NCBI GenBank assembly: GCA_907165135.1
Contig: OU015567.1
Span: 14,818,001-14,882,000, forward strand
Direction: 5' to 3'
Length of the DNA stretch: 64,000 nt
Origin: Oikopleura dioica
Taxonomy: Eukaryota > Animalia > Chordata
In this document: one piece after another, positions 34,608-47,605 of the stretch
Position numbering within the stretch: position 1 is the first letter of the stretch
Layout of the letters: every line of letters begins with the position of its first letter
Program-made: the position numbers and the translations under genes
The notes under the pieces: generated by a model
What the model saw: the letters and a program-made list of their open reading frames with translations, nothing else
What the model was told of the DNA's origin: nothing
Database searches by the model: none

Positions 34608-34796
34608 CTTGGAGGTCTTCATTTTAACGCATCGAAAGTGGCTCAAGACGACGCTCATTTTAACGGATTTTCTAGCACGAGGACTACATATCCGGAAACA
34701 TATTAGGGGGGTCCTTAAAGGAAAATCACCGAAAATCCGTTAAAAAGAGCACCCTCTTGAGACATATTAAATCCGTTAAAATGGAGACTTTCCAAG
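34608..34796. mobile_element. Short palindromic MITE-like element
   Basis: Arms cttggaggtcttcattttaacg...cattttaacggatttt and aaaatccgttaaaa...ccgttaaaatggagactttccaag are reverse complements. Confidence 0.65.
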
Positions 34797-35566
34797 AGTT
34801 TTATCCGTTAAAATTGGGGTCACATATTTCGTGATATTTTTTGAATTTTCAGACCCTCAATTTGATTTAAACATGATTTAACAGCGAATGCGTTTATTAT
34901 TCCAAAAGGCCAAGTATATTATTCCGGTATTATAGTTCTCAGCGCGCGATAAGCTAAAGGTAATTGCTCTTTCGCGCGGTTATAAATTTACAGCATAAGC
35001 AAAGGACTAATTAGAGACTTTCAGATTGAACACGAGGGATTGCTTAGATAGGGTTAAATCGATTAAAGTCGCCTGTTGTGAAATCCACCAAGGAGGAAAA
35101 GCACCTGCCCGCGACACGCAAGCAGCTAAATTAGCCTCTGATCCAGAAATCGTAAAAAATTATCGTTTGTCATGACATTAAACCGTTCGTGATGCCATCT
35201 GACAGATTGCAGATTTAGAGCAAAGACCCAGAAGGGCGGAAATATGATCGATAGCTTCACTTTTTTACTGCGGCAGTTGTTTGCTTTTTACGTTATTCGC
35301 AAAAATCGCAGAGCTAAGAGTCAGTGATTAATGACTCCGAAAAGAGCTGCTAAACAAACATCTGCGCATTCCGGTTACGAAGAAGAAGGCAAGGGCTTTG
35401 AAGTTCAATAAAGAATTTGAAGTCTTACGGTTGCTTCTGCTCGTTCTCGGGTTCCAAAGATGTCGTTGTCACGGTGCGATCGCTCGGATACTTTTTTGCC
35501 CGTTTTGTGACCCGATTCTTGTTGATTTTCTGAAATAAGAACCGCTCAGTTTTGACCCAGGCCTTT

Positions 35567-35748
35567 CTCGGGCTCGGCAACCTGTGTAGAAAACCTGAGT
35601 CAGGGTCTGAGAGATCATATATGAAAAGCCGCGCCGCGGCTTTTAAAAACGAAGCCGCAAATCGGCTTCAAAAGAGTCGAAAATGGATTGAAAAAAATAT
35701 TTTGCAAAGCCATTTCTTTTGGACCCTGACTCAGGTTGCCGAACTCTG
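35567..35748. mobile_element. MITE family A copy
   Basis: gggctcggcaacctgtgtagaaaacctgagtcaggg...ccctgactcaggttgccga. Confidence 0.85.
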
Positions 35749-36036
35749 CCTCTTACCTTGGTTCATGTTGAAGATGTCAGATGCATTTTTATTCGAACTA
35801 GTGTGCTTCTTTCCTCGCACCTCGGTTTGAACTTCTCCGTCACCGAAAACATTGCTAAAAAGAGTACTTAGTAATTTGTACTAACTACTACCTACTAGTC
35901 TCTCAGAATGTAAGTTCGCCTGGAATGACATCTCAGATGTGTAAAATGAAAATAAATCTACGTTTCCGCGAAAATCAAATTCATGCAGCCCGACAAATTG
36001 AAATGACCCGCCTTACTCAGCAATTAAACACTTTAA

Positions 36037-36783
36037 GGGACCTGGGCGAGCAGCGCTGAGCCAAACTTCACGCGCTCGCCGTTCTTCTTGGAAACAAGAT
36101 TTTTTGAATTTTCTTTTTGTTAATTATATCTCCAAATCTTCAGCTTTCTTTTGCGATTCTTAGTTTTTCTCTATCATTCTTGGTTGATGAGCTAGCGAGA
36201 AAAAGAGAAGCCCAACTTCAAAAGGCATCAAGTCTTGCAGACTAAATTTTTTCTTCATGAAACTAGCACCATTAAAAAGAGCGTTAAATTCTGAACAGAT
36301 CCCACTCCATCAGCTTAACTAATTCTGTACTTATTGGCGTGTAAGGCCAGATTAAGAAAATTACTTAGCGCGCGCAGCTGGTCGCGGCGCGGCTGGACGC
36401 TCCGATTTAGCTATTTTGGGCTTCCTGGACATGATTCCCGCTGCGCGGGGGCTAAGTTATCTTGTTTATCTGGCCTCTATCTCCAGTATGTACAGATTTA
36501 GTTTAGCTGATGGAGTGGGATCTGTTCAGAATTTAACGCTCTTTTCAATGGTGCTAGTTTCATGAAGAAAAAATTTAGTCTGCAAGACTTGATGCCTTTT
36601 GAAGTTGGGCTTCTCTTTTTCTCGCTAGCTCATCAACCAAGAATGATAGAGAAAAACCAAGAATCGTAAAAGAAAGCTGAGGATTTGGAGATATAATTTA
36701 CAAAAAGAAATTACAAAAAATCTTATTTCTAAGAAGAACGGCGAGCGCGTGAAGTTTGGATCAGCGCTGCTCGCCCAGGTCCC
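36037..36783. mobile_element. Foldback MITE with about 310-bp TIRs and TTAA target site (Kolobok/T2-like)
   Basis: TTAA|GGGACCTGGGCGAGCAGCGCTG...CAGCGCTGCTCGCCCAGGTCCC|TTAA, with near-perfect long inverted arms. Confidence 0.9.
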
Positions 36784-36826
36784 TTAAAAATAAACTGGAC
36801 CAAGATTCTAGGACTCCAACTGTAGC

Positions 36827-37062
36827 CTGCGCTCGGCAACCTGTGTAGAAAACCTGGGTCAGGTTCTACAGAGCTTTAATGAAAAGACGCGCAGCGGCTT
36901 TTATAAAAACGAAGCCGCAGCGCGGCTATGCCAGAATTTTTGATAATGGTAATATTAGCGAAGCCGCTTCGCGGCTTCGGTTTTAAAAAAGCCGCTGCGC
37001 GGCTTTTCATTAAAGCTCTTTAGAACCTGACTCAGGTTTGCTACACAGGTTGGCGAGCCCAG
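36827..37062. mobile_element. MITE family A copy (full length)
   Basis: Termini CTG(C)GCTCGGCAACC...GGTTGGCGAGCCCAG; flanks ACTGTAGC/ATTGTAGC. Confidence 0.9.
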
Positions 37063-39020
37063 ATTGTAGCGCTAGAATCGCATTAACCTAGAAAAAGATA
37101 ACTTTATGTAACTCTTGTTTTCTTTTCGAAATCGAGAGCTAAGGGTAGATGCCGTAATTGAAAGGTATTTTAGAAGCTTTAAAAATACGAACCTGATTTG
37201 AGCGGAGGCCATATTTGTTCTGCTGCACGCTGGAAAATCTGTAAATTGTGCGTTTAGTTTACTTAGGGGGAGTCGTGGGGAGGGGATGCACGTTTTACAA
37301 GCAAAGGGATTCCATCACAGCTGACCACAAATTGGTCGTGTTTAGGTTTGGTTAGCCAGACGGTTACGTATCACATAAACGCGCCCAGAAGAAATGTTCT
37401 TATCACTAAATAAACGAAGCTGTCCGGTAATTATCAGGAACTTCTATTCGACGATGATGATGATCAATGGAATTAAAAATCTTTAAATATCTTCAATTGC
37501 CCCTTATGTTTAATCCGTCTAAAAGCATCTAAATCAACCTCATTTAATTTCCTTATCAGAATTTTTAAGCCCGAACTTGCTGAAATGGTTTGCAGGCAAT
37601 TGAAATTAATTGAAAAGAAGAATCAGCGCTTCTTTTTTGTTGCTTTTTAACTGCTTGTTGTTTCTCTCTGTTAATCAAATTCTCCCAAAGTAGAAAAAAT
37701 ATGGATCGATTGTTACAACTCTCTCTTCTCTCTTGCTGGTCCCCCGGGAAGGCCAATAAAGGCAAAGGGTAACTGGATATCAATTGCCATGGGAGTAGAC
37801 TGGCCCTTGTGTGCTTAGGCGCAGCGGCGGAGGAGGTGACCCTTCACTCAACAACTGAATCGACTCAAAAGGACCTTCACAACCTCATTCATCAAATTTG
37901 CTTTTGTTCTCGTAAATACACAGCCGTTTGTTCAAAATAAAACTGTTACAAAAAATCTTTAACGACCCAATTTTCTAACAAAGACCAAAGTAAGCCCAAT
38001 TTTTTCTATAATTCTACTTGTTTGAACATCTCTTTTGTAGATTATAGCTAGATTTAGGCCATTGTATCTTTTTTTGTAGAATTTAAGCTTGGTTACATAA
38101 GACACGTACTTTTGGCTAATGAGACATTGCGTCGCCGCCGAAGGTTTAAAAAATAAAAACACTACTTTAGGCCATCTCAGCCCTTCTTAATCGTCTTTTG
38201 AACTTTGGTAGATAACAGGCAAGCGCAACGAACTACAGTAAGTCGAACTCTTGAGAAGAAAAAACTGGACGTGGCGGGCACTTGTGGCACTTGTTGAAAA
38301 ACTGAACTAGAATCACAAAAAACTGGCTTGATTTTCTTTTTGAAGTCAAAAGCGGCACCACAATAATAACCGTCAAAATGTAACAATTAAACACTTTCGG
38401 CGAAAAAGCTGACTCACGTGATAGACAAGAATGCTTCTTCGAAGCGACTCCTTTAATTCCCTTCAAAAAAGACTTAACAGAGCGCGTCAATAGTACTTAT
38501 GCAACACGTAAGGCGACAGTAACTCGGCCATTTCCCGTTAAACAGCTTGGCTCGGGTGAAAGGTTCCGCATAAGTTCTATCGTTCCTCCAGCCCAAAAGT
38601 GTACAAAGCGCTAAACATCCAAACATGCCCAGTTTTCGGGGAAGCCGCAGTTGTTACGAAGTGGCAACAAACTAGGATTTTTTAATCTTAATTGGGTCTA
38701 ATTATGTTGTCAATGAAAACGATTTGCATTGTTTTTTTGGAAAAAGACCCTTCTCAAAATAAACCATCAAAACTACCATTCTTCAAATATTTCCTAAAAA
38801 GCTTATACGAAAGAAATGTTAAATTGAGTTGTTGAAATCGAGAATTTCTAGCTTCTCGGATTCGTTTTAGGGCTTGACCCGCCATACCAAAAGCCACGTA
38901 CGCGATTCAATTTACATTTTGATTGAATAAATGGACCGGGATTCTGTAGATACGGGCTTTAGTGAGATGTTTCAGTATATGGTGAGTGTTACAGTATTGA
39001 TCTTACAGGCGCTGGGGGAG

Positions 39021-39655
39021 CTAGATGAGGACTCCGTCGATTTCTCCCTTTTCGAGTTGCTCCATGGTTTCGTCCAAAGTCGAGTTCAGCAATTCTTGCG
39101 CTTGAATTCAAATTTAACGAACCATCAACAGAATTGAATGACTGTACCTGACTCCTTGAGCATCGTCTCCGTTTTGTCCATATCAACGTTGATCTTGCCA
39201 AGGATGGTTTCCATCTGAGCAGCTTTTTCTTTGAAAATTGTCATGGCATGAATCGCATTGTTGATTTCTTTCAGCATTTCGTTCTTTTTAGTTTCGAAGT
39301 TGCGGATTGGCTTTGCTTTCGAATTCGACTTCCGGTTTCCCAGCACTTTTCTTGGCTTTTCATCATCGCTTTCGAACGATTTCATCATTTTTGAGCTCAC
39401 TTTGAAATTTAAAAATCTCAGAAATCATTTCCTAGAATCTGAAGATTCGTCTCGATCGCGTTTTCTATTGCTGCTTTGATCGACTGCCTGGACGACTGTC
39501 ATATTCTAATGGGATGGAAAAGTCTAATTGAAAAAGTCGAAAAGGAATTCGCCTCCCCTTTCCTGTTGATTTTGTTGCTGCATCATTGTCTGCATGAATG
39601 TGTTGAACATGGCTTGCATGTCCATTCCAGGAGGCAGTTGGAAACTTCCGTTCAT
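39021..39655 (-). CDS. Small Met/Gln-rich then coiled-coil protein, unknown
   Basis: MNGSFQLPPGMDMQAMFNTFMQTMMQQQNQQ; EMLKEINNAIHAM...KTETMLKES; last exon AQELLNSTLDETMEQLEKGEIDGVLI*. Splicing only partly resolved. Confidence 0.4.
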
Positions 39656-39696
39656 TTTCTACGGACTTATTGTCAAACTGGTTTATTTCTGAGGGT

Positions 39697-40045
39697 TTAC
39701 TCGGCAACCTGTGTAGAAACCTGAGTGAGCCTCTGAAAAATCTAAAATGAAAAGCCGCAACGCGGCTTCGTTTTAAAAAAAAAATCATTTTTTAAAAAAT
39801 TTCATTTCAGCTTTTTCAAAACTTGACTAAGGTTTTCTACACAAGTTTCCAAGGCTGGGCTCGAAAACCTGAGTCAGGTTTTGAAGAGCTAAAATTGATA
39901 GCCGCGAACTGGCTTTGCGAAATAATCACTCTTTTCTATAAAAATATTGGCGAAGCCGCTTTGCGGCTTCGAATGTTAAAAACCGCTACGCGGCTATCAA
40001 TTTTAGCTCTTCAAAACCTGACTCAGGTTTTCTACGCAAGTTGCG
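39697..40045. mobile_element. Cluster of family A MITE copies and fragments
   Basis: Repeated cggcaacctgtgtagaaacctgag, aaaacctgagtcagg and aagccgcNNNgcggctt motifs. Confidence 0.8.
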
Positions 40046-41024
40046 AAGCCAATCTCTAAGTTACTGACCTTTACTCTGTTGATCTCTATCTGAGATTGTT
40101 CTGTTGAACCGGCAGAATATCAATAGAAAATCTAGAAATTGATAAGACTGAGAAAGACTAGAAAGGGACTCTTTTTTCCGGAAGGTTGAAAAAAAAGAAA
40201 GATCTTTGATGAAAAACTGCATTCGGGAGGCCAGTTGATTTTTTTTGTTTCTGAAAATCGAGCGTTATCCGCAGGTTGATTCTCAATATTTGACGAAAAG
40301 CGAACGTGGGATGGTCTGTCCGTCGCTCAGGTGGGTGTCGGATTTACGCCGAAAATTGCCTCAATTGGGATCAGATCTACGTTTCCATTCTGGGTCTGCC
40401 GGATCATCCCCGCCTCGCCCAAGAGAAAGAATCATCAGCTTGCGGCGAGCCATAAACATCACCATACGTAATATCGTATTTGACGAAAGTTAGAGACTCT
40501 CACCAAAATCGACCCAGCATCACTTTTTTCTCCAAGAAGACAACAATTTAATCCGCTATTTTTTATGCTGATGCACTTATTTTGTACACGAATGCTTTGT
40601 CTACGTTTTTGTTGATGCTTTTTGTTAGAAAAGTGATTTGTTTCCGTTGAATTGATTCATTTCACCACGTTTTGATACTAACAATGGTTTGTTTGGAGCA
40701 TCGTATACGCATTTCGAAGCATTCTAACGTCTTTTTACGAAATATGATGAAAAAAATGAGTCACGTTACTTTTCTAGCGCCGAAAAGAGACTCCAATTCG
40801 TCCAGAATACGTTCGAAACTCAAGAGGCACATAGATTGCTGGGCGATAATCTTTACTAAAAGGTCTAAATCAGACTGGTCGACAGTGATTTTCATCTGAG
40901 GATGCTTAGATTGAGAGTTGCCACTTCAGAATTGTCGATTATTCAAGTGATAAGACAGCCATTATAACGTGAGACCCACTTATCAGCTCGAAACTTCAGG
41001 CACAGACGTAATTTATCCTTATCC

Positions 41025-41125
41025 CTCTGTAGAAAACCTGAGTCAGGGTCTGAAAGAGCTGAAATGCGGCTTTTCATTTTTGATCTTCAAAAACCTGACT
41101 CAGGTTTTCTTCACAGGTTGCCAGG
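41025..41125. mobile_element. Family A MITE, internally deleted
   Basis: tgtagaaaacctgagtcagggtctgaaag...aaaacctgactcaggttttcttcacaggttgcc. Confidence 0.8.
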
Positions 41126-41894
41126 CTCCGATAAATAGAATCCAAATTGAAGTAGATAAATGTGCTTCTTCTTTTATTCATGAATTCATTTTATTTATTG
41201 ACGCTACAGTCGACCAAAACTCCTTAGAATTCCTCAGAATCTAGCACAATTTATTTTCGTTTCGTTACAAGCCTGTACCGGTAAATTGTTCATCTCCACG
41301 TGGTTGTTAGTTCCGAGCTCTAATTACATTTACTATCAGTCGTTTCTGCCTGTTTATAGCATATTAACTGGGTGTAACCGTAAATTGTTAGCTCTATTTA
41401 CACTCTATTTGATCTTGAAAATGATGAAATCGAGTCTAACATCGATTACGTTCATAATATTTTTACTACCGTTCGAAGCGATCTTTCCTTTCTTTTTTGG
41501 GTCTAATTATAGCTACAGTAATGTGGTCTTGAGCCACTAGAAAAACAGTTTAGTATATTCCGCTACTTTCTAGCAAATTATATCACGCAAAATGTGCTCA
41601 AATGAATGAACTCGAAATACCACTCAAAAACCGCTATATTCCGATAAAGATATAATATCATGGTGGAGCGAAAGGGCTCAGATGTAACAATTTTCATGGC
41701 CGCAGCGCAAACACCAAGCCAGCAGCTGATTACGCAAGGCGCTTCTAACCGTAAACGAGTTATCTTGCAAAATTGGACGCCTCTCTGATCCAGCCGCCTC
41801 ACGTTATGTTCAGTTTTTACTTCAGACAACGGCGAATTGATTAGACCTTCTATTCAGGTTCAAGAAGAATGAACGAGGCTTGGAATCTTGGCTC

Positions 41895-42075
41895 AGGACC
41901 CCTGAGTCAGGGATCTCAAAACCTGAGTCAGGTCAGAATCCGATAGAGCTTTGAATTGTTTTAGAAATACAATCAGTTCGATCTATTTCAAAATTCTGAT
42001 GAAGCCGCTTTGCGGCTTTGTTCTAAAAAAGCCGCTACGCGTCTTTTCATTTTAGCTCTTTCAGAACCAAGCTCA
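41895..42075. mobile_element. Family A MITE fragments
   Basis: ccctgagtcaggg, cctgagtcagg and aagccgctttgcggctt motifs. Confidence 0.7.
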
Positions 42076-42954
42076 AGTATTAAACTCAGATCGCTGAGCC
42101 CAATTGTGTTCAAAATTGAACCGACCATTTGTGAACCTAGCTGCCCGGCACCCCAATTAGTATAGCAATCATAAATGAGCATGCTAACATATTTCGGTAC
42201 AGAAGATTGATTGATTTGCAATCAACGTTTCTTATTCGAATAGAATCATCACGTTTTATAAGCCCGGCTTCGGCGAATCTCGCTAATTGAATTAAGCAAA
42301 TGTTCGGATTTTTCAACAAAACGGTTTTGATTAGGTCGTCATGAGCAAATCTCGAGCGGGGCTGAAGCCTCGTCCAAATATCAAATTTCAAACTTTCGAT
42401 AAAATAAATTTGCGCCGCCCCCTCTCACCATAATACGATCATAATATCATGTCATTTGGGAAAGAGTCATCATCGTTTGTTTTCTTTCCAGATTGGAACA
42501 GTTCTTCCTCAGACGACGCAAGTACTTCCGCCGCGTTGGCGCTTCCATTCCGCCGCATCGGAGGTCACTTCTTTTAATCAGAGCACTACTTTTTAAAAAA
42601 GAATTCCTCTTTCGACGTAAAGGCTCAGCGAGATTATTTCTCGCGCGTGAAATTTTCACTGCCGGGAATTTTCGTAAAAGGAGGATGTCGGATGCGAGAT
42701 TTCCAAAGTTTTAAGAATACACGTTTTTTAATTTCGAATTCTGAAATCTTCTGAAATAGATTTTCGAATTGGTCAACAAAATCAGAATTGGTTTTACAGG
42801 TTAATCGTCTTTTTGGCTATTCTCGGGACTCTAGTCAATCCAGATTGAGGATTATCCGCTGTACTACTAGTACCCACTCCTAAGGAGCCCTAGGTGAAAA
42901 AAAGATACAATTGCCGCGCTAACTATCGTCAAATTCTGAGTGAGCTTCTGAAAA

Positions 42955-43145
42955 ATGTAGAATGAAAAGCAGCGTAGCGGTTTTTCTAAAAACGAAGCCG
43001 CGAAGCGGCTTCGCAAATAATATCATTTGAATCTGTCTCCAAATTTCGGTGAAGGCGCTTTGCGGCTTCATTCTTGAAAAAACCGCTTTTTGGCTTCTTT
43101 CTTGAAAAAGCCGCTATGCGGCTTTTCATTTTTGCTCTTGGGCTT
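42955..43145. mobile_element. Family A MITE core
   Basis: aaagcagcgtagcggtttt, aagccgcgaagcggcttcgc and aagccgctatgcggcttttc motifs. Confidence 0.75.
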
Positions 43146-43584
43146 AACTTTGAGGAATATAAAAAAATCTAAATTTGTATTGATAGTCGAGCTCAATTAT
43201 TAGTTCATTTCAACATCTGCTCGTCATATTCAACGCAGACGTCACATTTCACAAAAGTCGACTAACTCTGGATGTTTTCGCAACACACGATAGTCATGTG
43301 CTATCTGCGCTGTTTCCCGATAACCGGAACTGGAAGACCTTTTTGAAGCGAAAATTCAATCTTCACCTTTTTCGTTTTATCTCAACACTGGAGGTGTTGG
43401 CGCTTAATCCGGCGCGATTCATGGTGTGTAAATAGTGAACGAAATTTTCTCACTAAAATTTTCGCCGAGGAAACAGCGGATTAATCCACTTGGATTCAAA
43501 CACAAATGAACTGATTTTGAAAATGATTTTCACAGAAAAAATATCTTTTTTAGATATTTTTATTTCCAGCATTTCTATATTCTC

Positions 43585-43943
43585 ATAAATAAGGGGACCC
43601 CAAGGGAAAATATTTCATTTTTATTTTCAGTATCTTCAATAAAAAGTAAAGGAGGGGGTCCCTTATTTACCGGACAAATAACTCTTGTAGGTCTTCCTTT
43701 TAACGGACTTGATAATCGTTAAGGGAGTCACCATTTAAACGGATTTTTTAGCTCCAGGTTTCTTGCCTGGATTTTTGATGAAATCCGTTTAGCTGGGGAC
43801 CCCCTTAATGAATATTGAGCCTGTTGAAAGGAACACCTTCAAGATTTATTTGCCCGTTAAATAAGGGACCCCCTTCTTTACTTCCTATTGAAAATGCTGA
43901 AAATAATAATGAAGTATTTTCCCTTGGGGTCACCTTATTTCAT
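43585..43943. mobile_element. Palindromic MITE-like element (family E)
   Basis: About 100-bp imperfect inverted arms aataaggggaccccaagggaaaatatttcatt... / ...aatgaagtattttcccttggggtcaccttatt. Confidence 0.75.
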
Positions 43944-44455
43944 TTTTCAATAGAAATTCTTGAGATCTAATAAGACTTCTATTTTTAGCCAAAAATTGCC
44001 GCTGCATGCTGCATATAATTTATTTTTAATCAGAGCCGGAAATCAAATCTGCTTGTTGGTGAACGTGCCAAATCAAAAAAAAAACTTCTAACGCAGCGAA
44101 GCAAATTTGAAATTGCCAAATATTGAAAAAAATCGGGAAAAACGTTTTGCGCGTTCATTTCATTACCCGCATCGGAATTCGTGCCATCGCGAAAATCTGT
44201 ATGAAAAAAATCGTAACGGAACGCGGGAGCACTCTGAGCCGACGTGGGATATTCATTCGAGATTACATTTTTCGTGAAATCGTGTGTGAGGAATGCTCCC
44301 ACTACAGTGCGGGCGACAGGTGGACAGGAAGCAAAGTGTAATTATCGGAAATGGAATTTTTATCCGAGGAGACTTTAAAACGTGGATTTTTTTCCTATAT
44401 GATCATTATGTCTGACTAATTTTCGTCTTTCGGATTGTTACTACTAGACTAGAAC

Positions 44456-44660
44456 CAGAGCTGCAAATTTTGCTTTATTTTTGCTGAGCTGAGCTGACCT
44501 GAGTAAAAATTTCTCTGAGCTGAGCTGGCAATTTTCAGAGGTCATTGAGCTGAGCTGAGCTGAGCAGAACAGATCATGCTCAAAAATAATTGAGCTGAGC
44601 TGAGCGAAAATTGTGTGAGCTGAGCAGATCAGGTCAATTTAAAAATCACTGAGCTGAGAT
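44456..44660. mobile_element. Family B (GAGCT-repeat) MITE, truncated
   Basis: Starts CAGAGCTGCAAATTTT followed by (gagct)n; no right TIR seen. Confidence 0.8.
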
Positions 44661-46325
44661 TATTTACCCTATTTTGAAGAAAGCCAAAGTTGGGCAAAAC
44701 GCGGCTTTTTTTCGTTTATCATCGAAGCCGCAAGCGGCTTTTCAATTATTTATCATCTTTCAGCAACTTTATTAACAGTCAGAATTGATCTGAAAACATT
44801 TGTTTTACTATATATATAGTTTACTATACAGGAAGAAAAATCGATTATGTGTGAATTAACGATAATTAAAATCAAGTAAATCCTTCTGGTGTTTACATTA
44901 TCTCGCTATATGTTAACATTTGTTCTCCAAACAATTTTAGATCTATGAAAATATATAAAATGACTGGAGAAATCAAGAATATGGTTTCTGAAAATGTTTA
45001 ATTCGATGATCCTGTTTGCTATTTTCTAGTTTTCTGGCTTTTGTGAAAGTGAGAAAGAAGACTAAATGTGAGTAATCACTGTGGCAGCAAGGTTCTAGTA
45101 ATTGGGTGTCGTTTCGTCGCTTCGACGTGTGTCCACAGAGGAAGTCGGTGTCGCCATGTCTGGGGACCTTTTCGCAGCTCGCCTCGCCGTCCGACGTCGC
45201 CGTTTTCGCGAAATCAGACCAGCTTCTGGAGTCGCCACTTCCGGACAAGAAGGGCAGGGAGCGAGGCATCACACGAACCCTCTTCCAAAATCAGTTTCCG
45301 TTCTACGACCTTTCCGATAATTCGCCTCCCTAACTGAAACGAATGCTCCACGAGTCGATGACGTTTGCATTTTGAAGATTTAGAATCGTATAAATATCGA
45401 TTCAACAAAGCCTCAAAATGAATCTGGACCTGAGACCTACTACTGAGAGTCTTCACTATGTTTTCTTTCAAAACCCTGACTCAGGTTTCTACACAGGTTG
45501 AACTCAGGTCAACCAAAAACGAAGAACGATAGGAACCCTATCAGAGGGTACTCCGGATACCGTAAGTAATGGACCGCGCTTCATTTTTCCATTTCTTCGC
45601 GAAGAGGATAATCCACTGCGCCTTGGAGAAAACAGCGTTATTGAATAGTCGAATCCGCTGCTTGTGAAATCCGACGTTACGTTGAGTGTGAGTTTGTGTG
45701 TCATCAGTCGAGAGCCAGATTAATGGATGCGCCCGTCAGAAAATGAGAGCACTCCGGAACTCAAAGCGGAAGTTTTCAGTCTTCACGAAAACCCAACCGC
45801 CGATTGTGCTCCAGTTGATTATAGAACAACTAGCCCGGCTGCTTGGACACGAACAACGTTTGGAACGGACGGATTCCATGCTTAACTCGTGCATCCAAAT
45901 TCCGACCTGAGTTGTGCCTCGTCAGATAATTTCGCTTCCTGTTACCGTAACCATGATTTCTTTGATTTCGAAATCGTAATTTTTAATTTACGGAACTTTG
46001 GCGGCTGATGACGATAGCGAAGAGTATTGATCATAAAAGTTTTAAGCCAATTTCATGGTATGATGATGTTTCCCAAAATGATTCCCAAAGGTGACACCCT
46101 TAGCTCGTCTCAATGCACCGAGATGACAGCGATCGGACTTTTACCAGAATTTCACGTGCTGCTCGGGCAGTTTTTATTCTTCACTACAACTTCGCAATCA
46201 TGTGTTATTTTTAAATATTTAACTATTTGACCTTCACAGATTTCAGTATATAATATTCGTGAAATCTTAAAAGATTGCACTGGTAGATGCTGTAGAAAAA
46301 AATTAAAAATCTGATAATTGGCAAA

Positions 46326-46952
46326 ATGTCATGGGAAGAACCGTACATCGAAATGTACGAGATTTATAACAATACATATACTGAGAGTTCCCGAAGTCGA
46401 CCGTTTACAAGTGCTAAAGAAACTCCAACCGCTTACCGTGAACGGAAAGCTAGGCAAAAGAGAGAATATGAAGAACGACAACGAAATCGTTTACAAAGGC
46501 AAAGGGAGTATGAAGAAAGACAACGAAAAAGAGGCTAGAATACGAGGAACGACAGCGAAATCGCTTGCAAAGACAAAGGGAGTATGAAGAACGGCAGCGG
46601 AATCGCGAAATTAGAAAACGTGAATATGAAGAGCGAAAACGGATCCGAGAGCAAAATAAAATCAATAAAGTAAAATTAAAATTATAAAAAAGCAAAAGTG
46701 AAAAATTAAGACTGAACGAATTTTGAAAATTCCCGCTGAAAAATATGGGAAAATAATTGGCCGAGGAGGAAAAACCATTAACTCAATGCGAAATGATTAC
46801 GATGTAAAGATGCACTTGAATGCATGTCAGCTAAAAATTTATGGAGATTATTGGAACGTAAGAAACTAAAAAATATTCATTCAGTGAGAATCAATTGACA
46901 ATCAATTAAGGTTGACCGTGCTGAGGAAGCAGTTAAAGCACTTCTTGACTGA
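46326..46952 (+). CDS. Charged helical repeat (REYEERQRNRLQRQ) + C-terminal KH RNA-binding domain
   Basis: After two GT-AG introns: TERILKIPAEKYGKIIGRGGKTINSMRNDYDVKMHL...LKIYG..NVDRAEEAVKALLD* (KH with GxxG). Needs +1 nt in an A-run at about 46530. Confidence 0.72.
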
Positions 46953-47344
46953 TGTTCCTTAATAAAATTATTGGTCGAAATTTCTTTGAAAGGCTTCGTT
47001 TTTTTACAAAAGTCAACTTATAAGTCGTTGAGATTTCAGTCAAACTGCAGGAGGCGGAAAAACGGCTGAAACGGTTCCAGCAGATATCGATGCAATCTGA
47101 CATTATTTGTTTATAATGTGACCGCAGCGACTCAGAATTTATAGGTTCTGATGCTCACAAACCGAATTGTTTTGGGCTCAGACGGCATTGTTTTGCAAAT
47201 ATTAGCAGTGGCCGATTTGCCAGTTCAAGAAAATGTCACAACGCCAGGACTTCGATAAAATTCCGTATCTTTTTGTTGATTTGGGAGGCAAATTATGCCG
47301 TTTTCAATTGATAATTGCGAAAACTAGGGTTGATATTTGAAGGG

Positions 47345-47605
47345 GTTTGTATGTAGAAATCCTGAGTCAGGATTCCAAAAGCTGAAATAGAAAGCCGCGC
47401 AGCGGCTTTTCCAAAAACGAAGCCGCGAAGCGGCTTCGCAAAATTAATCGTCTTGTTTTCTGTATTTCTAACAAAGCCGCGTAGCGGCTTTATTTTCTCA
47501 AGGAATTAAGAAAATGAGATGATAATTTTGGCGGTTTATGGAGAAGCCGCTGCGCGGCTTTCTATTTCAGCTTTTTTAATCCTGACTTAGGTTTTTTACA
47601 GACTT
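47345..47605. mobile_element. Family A MITE copy
   Basis: tgtagaaatcctgagtcagg...aagccgcgcagcggct...cctgacttagg. Confidence 0.85.
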
